44,301 nt of DNA from Batkoa obscura (Eukaryota), in NCBI GenBank assembly GCA_030770535.1, contig JASVEC010000132.1, forward strand, positions 1 through 44,301. Reading direction: 5' to 3'. The position numbers and the translations under genes are program-made. Below are positions 1 through 11,404 of this stretch, piece after piece; the first letter of the stretch is position 1, and each line of letters starts with the position of its first letter. The notes beneath the pieces are model-generated. The model did not search any database and was not told the DNA's origin. It saw only the letters and a list, made by a program, of their open reading frames with translations.

Positions 1-437
1 TTAATAAACTTATTTCATACTAAAGTCTATACAGAAGTTTACCTCGAGTTTACATTTTCAACCCATAATTAGTTCAGTTTTCTAAGCCAAAGTGTAGCTT
101 AGGAAACTTGCAGCATTTTAAGCAAGCAGCCTTTAATTTTGGCCTAAAACTGAGAACCATTTCCATCAAACTTGGAATAGTCAAATCCTATACTAAAAAC
201 CAAAAATGAAAAACGAAAAATTCGGGTAAAAATTATATACTTTAAAGTTACTAAAAATATTTATTATAGCAAAATAAGCATATCATACAACTTTAAAAAC
301 TTTTTCAGTGAAAAGCCGCATATCAAGTATCCTCCACTCAGGTTTATTTGTGATATAAATGTACTGTCGCTACTTTCTATAAATAATTAATACTAGTAGG
401 ATGTAAATTTCTAAGATGATCTATAAATCTAAAATAT

Positions 438-536
438 GGAGATGTTTTTTTTGATTTCATCACTTTTTCCATTTTTTAAGCGCTATTTGAGTGGAAAAAT
501 TGTTAATAAATTCTTAAACAAAAAAATACATCCCCC
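438..536 (+). mobile_element. MITE-like element copy 1 (~99 bp)
   Basis: GGAGATG...CATCCCCC inverted ends, ATAT direct repeat on both sides, shared core TTTTTCCATTTTTTAAGCGCTATTTGAGTGGAAAAA. Confidence 0.9.
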
Positions 537-898
537 ATATGTTTTATAAGAACTATTTTCCACATTTATTCATTATTGAATCAATTAATATAGAGGTGCT
601 TTTCAAGTACTTCTAATTAATAACCATTTCTCTAGTATCACAAAGGTAGCAAAAAACTATAATAGCTATGTAATCGTTATAAAGCTTTATAGCTATGTCG
701 CTTAGATATACTCTAAATAATGGATTGTACATTAAATATATTAAAGATTTGAATTTTAAATTTTGTTTTGAATAATAAGCTATCTTTGGATTCTAGAATC
801 ATATCATTTCAATGTATTTTCTTTTTCTTCATTCATTGTTTATTTTTAATCTTTTTTCTATTAAAAATACTCTTTTTGAAGCAATTAAACTATCATAT

Positions 899-996
899 GA
901 TGATGTGTTTTTTTGTTTAAGGATTTTACTAGCGATTATTCTACTCAAATAGTGCTCAAAAATGGAAAAAGTGATGAAACTAAAAAATATCCTCCT
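899..996 (-). mobile_element. MITE-like element copy 2
   Basis: Reverse complement of the same core (CTCAAATAGTGCTCAAAAATGGAAAAAGTGATGAAAC); flanks ATAT/ATTT. Confidence 0.85.
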
Positions 997-2216
997 ATTT
1001 TTCTTATATGTTAAATCCTAGTATTTCATTTGTAGTATTTATATTTTAAATAGTAGGGTTTAATTACTAACTTTACATTTGTAGTAAAATAATATTTAGT
1101 GCTCCATCTAATAAAAACATACTTTGATAATAGTGCTCATATGTTTTTATCGGAACAGTAGCTGTAAAAAATGCAATAATATTATCTTGATGTAGTTTTA
1201 AATGGTAGAAATCAACCTTGATACGGTTTGATTTATAATGCTTGGCATTATTAAGCTTCATGAATAGAGTAATCCAGTCATGGGGGACATGGTATATGAT
1301 TAAGGATTATAACTAAAAATGGTAGACTAAGACATCTATTTAATTTAAATAAAATAGTAACTAGGATTTAATTATTCTTAGTTATTACACAATATTTTTT
1401 AGGAATAACAATAATTGTTTGTAAAAGTTTTAGAACTAAAACATAAACTCTTAAACATCACCTAGGTATATAATAGCCTAAATTCATAGGAGCTATTGAT
1501 ATTTACTTAAACCTTCATGTTTTTTAATTATCAGACTCATAAATCGTGTTTACCACTATATTTGAACTAAGATTAAGCTTAAGTTGATTCATGAAATTGA
1601 TGTTCCGATTTGATATTACTTATTCTTAGATTTTATCAATGAAGTAAATCCTTTATTTAGTAGTAGAACATTAAACAAAAGGAATAAGAATATATAGGTT
1701 AAATCATCTAAGTGTAACTAATAAAAGTTCCACTTTCTTTCTAAACAATTAGTATAAATTTAGACTTTATTTGGACCTATCCGCCGCTGTAATGTTATTT
1801 GGCGATAAATCTTGTATTTGATCGCATTTTGCTAACTGCTATCAAGCAAGTCTATATTCAAATTTGCTTCAAATTGTTATAGTAAAGGCAAGTTTTAAGT
1901 TACAATTTTTACCTAATATTATATTTAGGGTTTGAAGTCTTTATTATACTCAAGATTCAAAATAAAAGTAAAACACTGGCTATATATAACAAGAATGACA
2001 ATTTATAATTGCCTATAAATAATTTTGAGCTTTTAAGTTATTTTTGTGTGAGGAAAATTACAAATTAAATCGCTATATATGGAAAATGCATTCTTTGAAT
2101 GTTTACAATGTAGTCACAATTTCAAATGTGGTATAAATAGTCAGATATAAAATGGAGGTGGAAATAGTAAAAGTTTAGAAAAAAATTATTTAAATTATAA
2201 CTATATTATAGCTATC

Positions 2217-2936
2217 ATGGAGACTAAGGGTAAAAGGGCAACATTAGATTTGAAAACTAAAAGAAAAATAATAGAAATCGCCGAGCTTGGCTATTCTCAC
2301 CAAAAGATTGCAGATAAATTCAACATTGGGCGTAGCACAGTAACAAAAATATTGTTAAAGAAGGATGTCCTATTAAACACAATTGAATCAGAAATTGATT
2401 TGAGTAGAAAAAGGTTAAGGCGTACTGAGCTTAATGGTCTGGAAAATAAGTTGGCAACCTGGTACTTGGAAGCGAATATAAATAAATCCCATATAGTAGA
2501 TCTTCAGGCATTAAAATCTCAAGCTATCGCCCTTGCTAAAGAAATGGGAATTAATAATTTCAATTTCGATAGCGCTTGGATCCAGAAATTTTGTACTAAA
2601 TTCCGTTTACCTACTCAAGACCAAATTAGAATTGAGCCTGTAGTTAAAAGTAATGTACCAGAATTTCTTTTTGATCTTAGTTCCAACCATCTCGATGTGG
2701 ACTTAATGGGTGATAACAAACATAGTCCAAATACCGGTAATTTTAGCCTAAGGGCAGACGGGAGCCTTAGCCCAATTGCCACTAGCATAAATTTAGCTCC
2801 TGATAACAGCCTTGGTTCGAATTGTTATTATGCTAACTCACTAGGTCGCTTATATTCTCCATATAGCGATTCACCTGTAAATGAAATAACGCTATTTCAA
2901 TACCAACAATACACAAGTAATACACACTATTTTTAA
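2217..2936 (+). CDS. CENP-B/pogo-type DNA-binding protein (psq-like HTH + CENPB HTH), no DDE catalytic domain
   Basis: KRATLDLKTKRKII...SHQKIADKFNIGRSTVTKIL (HTH1) and LENKLATWY...LKSQAIALAKEMG...SAWIQKFCTKFRL (HTH2); intact intronless 239 aa ORF with an S/P/Y-rich tail. Confidence 0.85.
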   Translation: METKGKRATLDLKTKRKIIEIAELGYSHQKIADKFNIGRSTVTKILLKKDVLLNTIESEIDLSRKRLRRTELNGLENKLATWYLEANINKSHIVDLQALKSQAIALAKEMGINNFNFDSAWIQKFCTKFRLPTQDQIRIEPVVKSNVPEFLFDLSSNHLDVDLMGDNKHSPNTGNFSLRADGSLSPIATSINLAPDNSLGSNCYYANSLGRLYSPYSDSPVNEITLFQYQQYTSNTHYF

Positions 2937-5290
2937 GTTTAATTAATTTTTAATAAAAAGTACATTATATCCTTTTACATAGTAGTGTTTGTCTTATTTA
3001 TTACATTTACATCTATTCTATATTATGTCCAATTTGTTTTTTTTGTTTATTCATTAAAAACTAAATCTCCAAAGCGCTTTATTATAAGATCAAAATATAT
3101 GCTTGATTTAGTTAGCTTAATGACACAACCAGCGATAGATAACTTCTGAGAGAATGGCTTCATCTAATGCTTTTCCGTCTTCAAGAGGGGTTGAAAGCCA
3201 TGAATGGTACCATTTATTTATATTTTCAATAGGCTATTCATTAATTTGTGAGGTTGCGAAAACTAAAGCCTAAAAGATGGAGACCTGTAAGTCAAAATAG
3301 AAAGTGATAAATCTTTTGTATATGGATCGAATACTAATTGAAAAACCTAAACCTTTAAATAGAAAGGGCGAACTTGGTAATGTTGTACCTACAGCGAAGG
3401 AGCCTACCAATAGTTTAGTATAATCATAATAAAAGTGCAATTAATTCGTTACGGGTGGTCAAATGCTAAAGACTAAGGAGAGAAGTAACCAAATGACAGA
3501 GAGAATTGATAGTAAGTGGTATGTAGCAAGAAATTTTACCTAGGAGTTGTTAAGATTTAATGATTATAGTCTGTGATACAAAATCTAAGCATGATAGGCT
3601 TTTATAAGGATGTTGATGATTTAAGGTTTAAGCCTTGACGAGGGAAAAAGAGTCAAAAAAGCAAGAGGAAAGTGATTGTAACATTAAGCTGATTCATCTC
3701 TTATTTTTTTATATTTCTGAGCAAGTTTTTTAAAATATTGGCTATTGTTTTTAAAAGTAGACATTAGTTACAATAGTTTTTTAAATAATTGTTTGTTGTG
3801 TTTGAGCTATGCTTGAATTATGTCTGGTAGCTTTAATCGAGGAAAACCGTAAACTATTACATTGCTAAGATAACACTTATTTGATTTTTTTAAAATTGTT
3901 ACTTAACATTAAGTAGCAATTTATTAATAAAAAATTTTATCAGAAATTTCCAGTTAAGTCCGTTTTTAAATTTATTACTTTTTTCATCACTTATTTCATC
4001 ATTCTTTTTATTACTTTTTTTATCACTTATTATAACGTCTAATTATTTATTCAATAAAAAACAACAACCCAAGAGGTAAGCAAAAGGAGAAAGGAGACTG
4101 ATACTTTTAGGCTTATAGTTTATAATCTTTGTTTTTAATATATGTTTATTTAGTTTACAAGTTGCACTGTTACGCTATGGCAAGGAATAGGTATATATTA
4201 ATTTATGATTGGGAATCTAAAATAGAATGTTATTAAATTGAGGTGACTATATCGTTAACTTTTATGATTTGATATCGCCTTTTAAATAATACATCACTTC
4301 AGTTGTTAAAAAATATACTCGTTTATATTAGTCTTGCGTTACATCATACATATTTGTTGTATTATAACAATAGTATCAAACTATTGCTCTATATACCTAA
4401 ATTAGTTATTTAGTTTAGTGGAAAAAGTCCATATCAAGAAATGTTATTGAATTAGAGATATTATTAGAAATCCAGCTACTAAATTGCTACTATAGCGAGG
4501 AGGCAATAATGGAAGGTTGGTTTATTTAATACCTCGTTTTATATAAAATTGCGAAAGTATGTTCTATTTTTTTTTGACTAAATGAAAGTCTAGTTATTAA
4601 ATTTAAATTTATAGATTGAGAAATAAGGTGAGAACTCAAATTCGTTATTTTAAGTTAGCATTTTGATTAATGCATGATATAAAGAAGTAGAAACATTCGA
4701 AAGCGTATTCCTGTTGAAATGATACCTGTATATAATATTATAGCAATAGATTTATAATAAAAAATAAATGAGCTTGTTTACTTTATTTGTTTAGATATTT
4801 ATTTAAATAACAATTTTACAATTCATATTACAAAATCTAAATTTACAAAGATATTTGAGTATATAATAACCGATCATTCTAGTTTATAAATCTTTTCTTT
4901 TCGATACCCAATTCAATCACATTTTGGACCTAGAACTATTTTTAAATTGACTATTATATGGTATAGTGACTACTATATAGTACAGTTACTCAATATTGTA
5001 ATGAAAAATAATATAACAATTTTGTAAATAAAACATTAATTTTAAGCAACTTAGTTATTATGGAAATAACATTGTCAAATAATAATAAGCTGTCTATAAA
5101 TTACCCTATAAATAAGTATAACCTGCGCCACAATAAGAAAGGCTAACAAAGTTTTTATCACCACAAATAAAAACAAGAATAAAAAATTAATAGCTTCCTA
5201 TATACAGTGGTCATTAGTTAAGAACATTAGAATAACAAAAAATAATATATAAACAGCCTTAAATTTCGTATAGCTAGTATAAATCATTAA

Positions 5291-5935
5291 ATGTTTCAAT
5301 TTGAGAATAAAAAAAAAAGACGTATTTTAGACATTGCTACCAAAAAAAATATTTTGGAAGCATCCAAGTTAGGCTATTCACACCAAAAGATTGCTGATAT
5401 GTTTGAAGTAGGTAGAAGCACAGTGACTAAGTTACTATTGAGAAAGGATATAGTATCAAAAGAAGTAGAGCAATCACCGAAAGACAGTGAGATGAGTAAT
5501 ACTGAAATTTTCGAAGCTAAATTATTAAAATGGTGTAAAAGTGAAGTTAAAAAAGGAAGTAGAATAGTAAATATAGATTTAATAAACAAAGCTAGCTTAA
5601 TAGCAAAAAACATGAAATTTTATGATGTTGAAATCAATTCAACTTGGGTTACTGATTTTTGTGGAAAATTCCAGCTTGATATTGAAAGTGAAACTACGTC
5701 AATTTTTGAGATAAAAAGTAATGTACCAGAGTATATAATAACCCCATTGATACACAACAGAATTCTCACTAACCAATTGCTTTATCTAAATCACTCTTGT
5801 CCTCCATATACTGATAACTATCATTATAATACTTTTATTCAACAAAATAGCTCACCATTGGGTTCGTTTATTAGTCCTTATATCAGCCCTGTTTCCACGT
5901 TTTCTTCTCAATTTGAATATTTTAATCCTTATTAG
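5291..5935 (+). CDS. CENP-B/pogo-type DNA-binding protein, paralog of 2217..2936
   Basis: Shares LGYSHQKIAD.F..GRSTVTK.LL.KD, a second HTH (FEAKLLKW...STWVTDFCGKFQL), KSNVPE and an SPY..SPV tail with the first copy. Confidence 0.85.
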   Translation: MFQFENKKKRRILDIATKKNILEASKLGYSHQKIADMFEVGRSTVTKLLLRKDIVSKEVEQSPKDSEMSNTEIFEAKLLKWCKSEVKKGSRIVNIDLINKASLIAKNMKFYDVEINSTWVTDFCGKFQLDIESETTSIFEIKSNVPEYIITPLIHNRILTNQLLYLNHSCPPYTDNYHYNTFIQQNSSPLGSFISPYISPVSTFSSQFEYFNPY

Positions 5936-6001
5936 TTTTATTTTATCTTTCCTTAATAATTTTCCAAATAAATCAATTTTTCAGTAATTGAATCATGTTA
6001 T

Positions 6002-6095
6002 GAGGGTATTTTTTTGGTTTTATCACTTTTTCCATTTTTAAGCGCTATTTGAGTGGAAAAATTATTAATGAAATCCTTGAATAAAAAGCATCCCC
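6002..6095 (+). mobile_element. MITE-like element copy 3
   Basis: GAGGG...CATCCCC with conserved core; flanks (TTAT/ATAC) do not match. Confidence 0.85.
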
Positions 6096-6103
6096 ATACT
6101 AAA

Positions 6104-6340
6104 ATGTCATCTCAGCCATCAAAGATGCACGAAAATATGTATTCCCCTATCACATCTGTTAAGGAAAATGTAGGCTCTGTTACTGATAATCACTCTCTTC
6201 AAGCAAAGGATACTGGTCAAAAGGCTGAAGGTAACGACGTTTAACACCAAAATCCTAAATCAAAGGGTTATGTTGAAGGCACCACAAATAATTTTGCTGG
6301 AAGTATTAAGATAGCATTGGCTCCATTCCAGATGATAATG
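6104..6340 (+). pseudogene. CsbD-like / Hmp1-type small stress protein pseudogene
   Basis: MSSQPSK...SVKENVGSVTDNHSLQAK..QKAEGN then an in-frame TAA, continuing ...KSKGYVEGTTNNFAGSIK, which fits the fungal CsbD-like pattern; a later frameshift is likely. Confidence 0.65.
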
Positions 6341-6369
6341 CCAAAATATAATTTAATGTTTAAGCATTT

Positions 6370-6467
6370 GGGGTTGTTTTTTTGGCTTCATTACTTTTTC
6401 CATCTTTTAAGCATTATTTGAGTGGAAAGATTGTTAGTAAAATTCTTAAACATAAAAATACATCCCT
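6370..6467 (+). mobile_element. MITE-like element copy 4
   Basis: GGGG...CATCCCT, ATTT direct repeat on both sides. Confidence 0.9.
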
Positions 6468-6638
6468 ATTTATTAGTTAAATAAATTGTTTTTTGTAAAA
6501 AATGGAATTTATAGAAGCTTGAATATTGTAATAACATTGTAGTAGTTTAGTTTATATTAATATAGTTTATTAGGGGATATCGTCATAAAAAACCCAAGAT
6601 AATTTTTTTAATAACATTGATTTTTAATATTATATCAT

Positions 6639-8879
6639 CTAATGATTTTTACTACGACATTTATGACGGGTGGTAGTAGCAGTAACACTGGTAACTGGGA
6701 TAAAGGTATATGTGCCAGTTTGTACTGATGAGCCACTGGTAACTGGTACAAGAGTATAAGTGCCACTTGGAACGCTATAACTTGTATATGTGGATGATTG
6801 ACTATCAGTCACTGGGTAAGATCCAGTTTGAGTATATGAGTTAGTGGAGGAGTTAACTAAGCTAGAGGATATACTAGATATACTAGAAGATGATCGGGTA
6901 GAAGTAGTAGAGCTAGATTCAGTTACTGAATAAGTCCCAGTCTCGATAATGGTATTATAAGTACTTGAAGAAGTAGATTTAGTACTAGTAGAGCAAGAAG
7001 TAGACGATGAGCTGATAGGAGTGGTTACTGGATAAGTCGAAGTTTTAGAAGTAATGGAACAAGGGGTGGTAGATGCACCAGTAGATGATTCAGATTGAGT
7101 GGAAGTTACAGTTGATGATTGAGATACAGAGGTAGATGTGATTGTAGATGTTTCAGATCCAGAGGTAGTAGTAGCAGTCGAAACTTCAGATCCGGAAGTA
7201 GAGGTTTCTGATTGAGTAGAAGTTATAGTTGAAGTAGTAGAAGTTTCTTCTCCTTTCTTAACAATTTTAATTCTACCATCAGTGTAAGGAGATACAGGAG
7301 TATGCTTTTTAACATAATCACTAACAATGATGTCGGTAGCCTCGAGGGTAGCAAAATCAGTGATAGGTGGAGCAATAAAGTTATCTCCACCAGTAGCAAT
7401 AAAATCTAAAGTTGTACAGGTGTATACTTTTTGCAAATCTAATTTGACATAGGTTGTTGTTTTAGCTTTACGATCCAAAATATCAACTGAGACTAAACGA
7501 GATTGAGCTGGTGCAGTTGGATCATAAGTAAATTTCATACCACCAATTTGAATAAATGAAGTGACAGGGCGGCTATTTACTTTATTTACTTTAGATACAA
7601 TGGCCTCTAACATGTTCCAAATCTGGTCCCCTTTTAATTTTATATCAACAATAGCATTACCGAATGGGAATACAGTTAAAACATCGGATACTTTAATGTC
7701 ACCTTTAGTGATACCAGCACGAATACCACCAGCATTAATAAAGGATACATCTGAGTTTGGTCTTTTTTCTAAAATAATATCGGAAACAAAAGAACCAAGA
7801 GAGCATTCCTTTGTTTGACAACTAGCTTGATCAAAATCATCTGTTGCTACGCCAAGTACAGTCTTACCAAAAGCATCAAAAGGTTCTCTCCATTCTTGAG
7901 CTTGTTTATTAGCTTCTTCATTTAATGGAACTAAGGAGTTTAATTCAATTGGGAAACCATCGATTTTATTTAAATAACCATCTTCATTAAACTTAATATC
8001 AACATGTCCTAAGAATCGACTCCAACAGTAAGCTTGAACAATGTAGGTATCTTTGCCATCTAAATTTTTAACTGAAGTTGGATAAATACCAACTGAGTTT
8101 GGAGCATTTGTTACGTTATTTAATGGGGAGGCAAGGTAAGAATGAGAATGACCACCAACGATAAGTGACAACCCTTTAGTTTTTGATGCTAATTCTTGAT
8201 CTTCTTTATAACCATTATGAGAAACAGCAATTACTCTTTTATAACCCATTTTTTTAACTTCATCAATAGTTTCTTGTAAAGTAATAATAGGATCAGATAC
8301 TTTGAGCAATTTACCAAGGTTCGAAATAGAAGGAGCAGTGTAAGTGATATAACCAACAACAGCTAAATTGTATTTTGGGAATAATTGATATTTTTTAATT
8401 AAGCTTGAAAGTTGAGGATGTTGAGAGGCATCGATATTGGAGGATACTAACGGAAATGTAAAATTTTGAGCTACTCTAGCTAAATTATCTGGTCCATTAT
8501 CAAACTCATGGTTACCAATAGTCATAACGTCATATTTTAGATAATTCATAGCTCTTGCTGTAATGTCTCCTTTATAATAAGTATAGTACATAGTACCTTG
8601 GAACTCATCCCCACCATCTAATAATAAATTATTAGGGTGTTTTTCACGTAATTGATCAATGGCTGTTTTTAATCTTGCTAAACCACCATAACACTGTTTG
8701 TTTTCAATTTGAGCCTTAGTACAATCCGTTCCATACTTATTACTTTGGTCATATCTTGAGTGGACATCATTAGTATGTAAAATAGTCAAATCGTAATCTG
8801 AATCTTCTCTTCTTATTATACTACCCTCAGTGCAAAAGGTTAAGAGCAATAAAACCAAACTACTACTTTGAAATAACAT
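6639..8879 (-). CDS. Secreted 5'-nucleotidase/apyrase-family metallophosphoesterase with a Ser/Thr-rich C-terminal tail
   Basis: Signal peptide; LTILHTNDVHSR, LLLDGGDEFQG, GNHEFD and GGHSH motifs; C-terminal domain NAGGIR...FPFGN...GGD; ~190 aa S/T tail. Confidence 0.93.
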   Translation of the reverse strand: MLFQSSSLVLLLLTFCTEGSIIRREDSDYDLTILHTNDVHSRYDQSNKYGTDCTKAQIENKQCYGGLARLKTAIDQLREKHPNNLLLDGGDEFQGTMYYTYYKGDITARAMNYLKYDVMTIGNHEFDNGPDNLARVAQNFTFPLVSSNIDASQHPQLSSLIKKYQLFPKYNLAVVGYITYTAPSISNLGKLLKVSDPIITLQETIDEVKKMGYKRVIAVSHNGYKEDQELASKTKGLSLIVGGHSHSYLASPLNNVTNAPNSVGIYPTSVKNLDGKDTYIVQAYCWSRFLGHVDIKFNEDGYLNKIDGFPIELNSLVPLNEEANKQAQEWREPFDAFGKTVLGVATDDFDQASCQTKECSLGSFVSDIILEKRPNSDVSFINAGGIRAGITKGDIKVSDVLTVFPFGNAIVDIKLKGDQIWNMLEAIVSKVNKVNSRPVTSFIQIGGMKFTYDPTAPAQSRLVSVDILDRKAKTTTYVKLDLQKVYTCTTLDFIATGGDNFIAPPITDFATLEATDIIVSDYVKKHTPVSPYTDGRIKIVKKGEETSTTSTITSTQSETSTSGSEVSTATTTSGSETSTITSTSVSQSSTVTSTQSESSTGASTTPCSITSKTSTYPVTTPISSSSTSCSTSTKSTSSSTYNTIIETGTYSVTESSSTTSTRSSSSISSISSSLVNSSTNSYTQTGSYPVTDSQSSTYTSYSVPSGTYTLVPVTSGSSVQTGTYTFIPVTSVTATTTRHKCRSKNH

Positions 8880-9605
8880 CTATCTATTTTAACAATTAAT
8901 TAAAAATTAACTTTATTTTAATAAAAGTTAAAGCAGTTAACAGTTTTTGTTAACCTATTTATATTAATTTGTACTCAAATTTCATTATTAGTTTCCAGCC
9001 TCGATTTAGAAAGAACATATTAAATTGTGATATTCTTTATTGTTTATTTATAAATTAAATTTTCATTCGAAATCTTTAAACTAAAAAACCAATCATTTAT
9101 TATCTGATTACCATATGCGATAAACTACAAAATACAAGTAAAATATTTACTATGGTTCACTTTTAATGTTGTCTTTTATCTCTTAAGTAATATATAAAGA
9201 AATGATAATAAATTAATTTTCTTTTTTATAAACTTAAAGTTACTTATTAAATATTAAAATCCGTGCTATTACCATTCATTAAAGACTAGTTTATTATTTA
9301 ATTGGGTTTGCCATTTGTTTATACAATTTAATTAAAAATTATTTTAGATACTCATGATAGTCAACCTTAGATTAGGTCTAAAGTACAAAATACCGATAAG
9401 GTTTGGTAACCATTAGTCTATTGAATCCTGGCTACTATTGACAATAAACTATAATGTATGTTCAAGTTAATAGTTCTATCAACCCTTTTATTAAAATTAA
9501 AAACTATAATAAAAATGCCCAAAATTAATTCGTCAAAAAATCTTCTTTAGTAATGAATATGAGAACACGTGGTATAATGGTAAGTAAAAACAAAAAAATT
9601 AGGTA

Positions 9606-9688
9606 TGATCAGGATGGGATTCGAACCCACGCCTCCGAAGAGACCGCGGCCTTAACACGGCGCCTTAGACCAACTCGGCCACCTGATC
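9606..9688 (-). tRNA. tRNA-Leu (anticodon AAG)
   Basis: Reverse complement folds as a tRNA: GATCAGG/CCTGATC acceptor stem, TGGCCGAGTTGG A-box, CCGTG-TTAAGGC-CGCGG anticodon arm, long variable arm, GTTCGAATC T-loop, downstream T-run. Confidence 0.95.
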
Positions 9689-9891
9689 TTATTTATTAAT
9701 TAAGTAACAATAATTTAAAGCTTGTTTATAACCTAAGTAAAAAAGTAAATTAGATTATACCAAGTAGATGGAACTTTTAGATACTGCGTAAAATTATTTA
9801 ACTGAGTCAAAATAAGCTGAGAAAAGTCTAAAGCTTTTTTAAAAGGGATAAAGTGTGATTTTAAATATTCAATACATACAAATCAAAAATA

Positions 9892-10337
9892 ATGTTAAAG
9901 AAAAGAGAAACAAAAGATATACATGAACAATTAAGACACAGTAGTAATTTAAGAGAAAGGCAAAAAAAGACAAATGACAAATTGCAAAAGATATTAAAAA
10001 AGAGGAATATTAACAACAGTATATTATTAGAGGAAGAGATTGAAGTAAGTTTAAATTTTTAATTTAAAGAGATGAGGTTTATTTTTTATACACTCAGGAA
10101 TTAAATAAATTATGGTTAGAAGAATGTAAAGAGATTGGATTAATTAAAGATATAGATGAGAACTTTGACTTTGGAGAAGATGAGGAGTTGGATCAAGAAG
10201 GTATGATTGCTAAGTTATTTTTTAAAATGAATCTTAATAAGTAATATTTTATTTTAGAAATGGAAATTAAGTTATTAGAAGAAGAAGAAGAACCCATTGA
10301 AGAAATGCTGTTACGGTTAGGTCAATTAGAGCTGTAA
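9892..10337 (+). CDS. Small (~111 aa) hypothetical protein, basic N-half and acidic C-half; 3 exons
   Basis: Exons 9892-10044, 10098-10200 and 10258-10337 join in frame across GT-AG introns: MLKKRETKDIHEQLR...ELNKLWLEECKEIG...EEMLLRLGQLEL*. Confidence 0.7.
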
Positions 10338-10498
10338 ATTCATCTAGTTTTTATAATAATAATAAAATATATTTATTTTTAACATTGTATTTTTTTCGCT
10401 TTAAACCAATAAAAATTTCATTTCATTTTTTTTACCAATTAAAACTACATAATCATAGATTTTGATTTCTTTTTTTTAGGTTTAAGTAATCAAAAGAT

Positions 10499-11380
10499 AT
10501 GAAACGAAAAGACCAACAATATAGAAAAGAAAATGAAAAAGGATATAAGAGTAAAGAGGGAGACATTACACTAACACAAGAAGAAGAGTATAAACAATAC
10601 CAAAAAAAGCTAAGAGAAGAAAAAAAAAGAGAAAAACAACTTGATGAACAAGCTAAATTATTGGAATTAGAATTGGAAGCTTTGTTAAACGAAGAAGTAG
10701 AAGAATCTGTAAAAGAAGTTGAAAATGTAAAAGAAGAAATTGTTATTGAAGAAAAAAAAGAAGTCAAATATAAAAGATATTCTCAGTTTGCATTACCTGG
10801 TATGATTAAAGTTGAAAAAGGTTGGGTTTATCCAGATGAGATTGTAACTGAAAGAAACAAAACTTTTATTATGAACAAAGTTGATGAGATTCCATTGAAA
10901 AAAGAACCTGAACCTGAACCTGAAGTCAAGCAAGAATTAAAAGAAGAAGAAAGAAAGAAAGAAGAAGAAATTACAGAAGAGATAAAAGTAGAACCAGTAA
11001 AAATTAAGGTTAAAGAAAACATTGGTTTAAAGTTACTAAGAAAACAAGGTTGGAAGGAAGGTACTGGCTTAGGTAAAAATAATACTGGTATTATTGAACC
11101 AATAACTAGGTACCTATAATATAATATATATAAGTACAATAATGTATAATATTTATTTTTAGTCAAGAAAAGAAAACATTAAGTTCAGCTCCAGTTAATG
11201 AACGAGAAGAATATGAAATTTTATTGGAAAATGGAAAGATTGAGGTTGATTATGAAAGTTATCGTTTAAAACAAATGGAAAAATATAAACAACGGTATAC
11301 AGTAAAATTTAATTTCTACTATTATAGAATATATATTTTAATACTAATATTTATTTAGAGTCATCAAGAATAATAATTAA
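10499..11380 (+). CDS. G-patch domain protein (SUGP1/SF4-like C-terminus); 3 exons
   Basis: ENIGLKLLRKQGWKEGTGLGKNNTGIIEPI G-patch; the exon after intron 11110-11162 encodes DYESYRLKQMEKYKQR, resembling the SUGP1 terminal motif. Confidence 0.8.
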
Positions 11381-11404
11381 TTAGAATCATTAGTTATTAA
11401 TTAT

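Noticed and set aside
2217..5935. CENP-B-like ORFs as the transposase mobilising the MITE
   Set aside because: They have no DDE domain, and pogo-type enzymes duplicate TA rather than variable 4-mers.
10453..11166. Minus-strand Ser/Phe-rich ORFs
   Set aside because: Antisense of the Glu/Lys-rich G-patch coding sequence.
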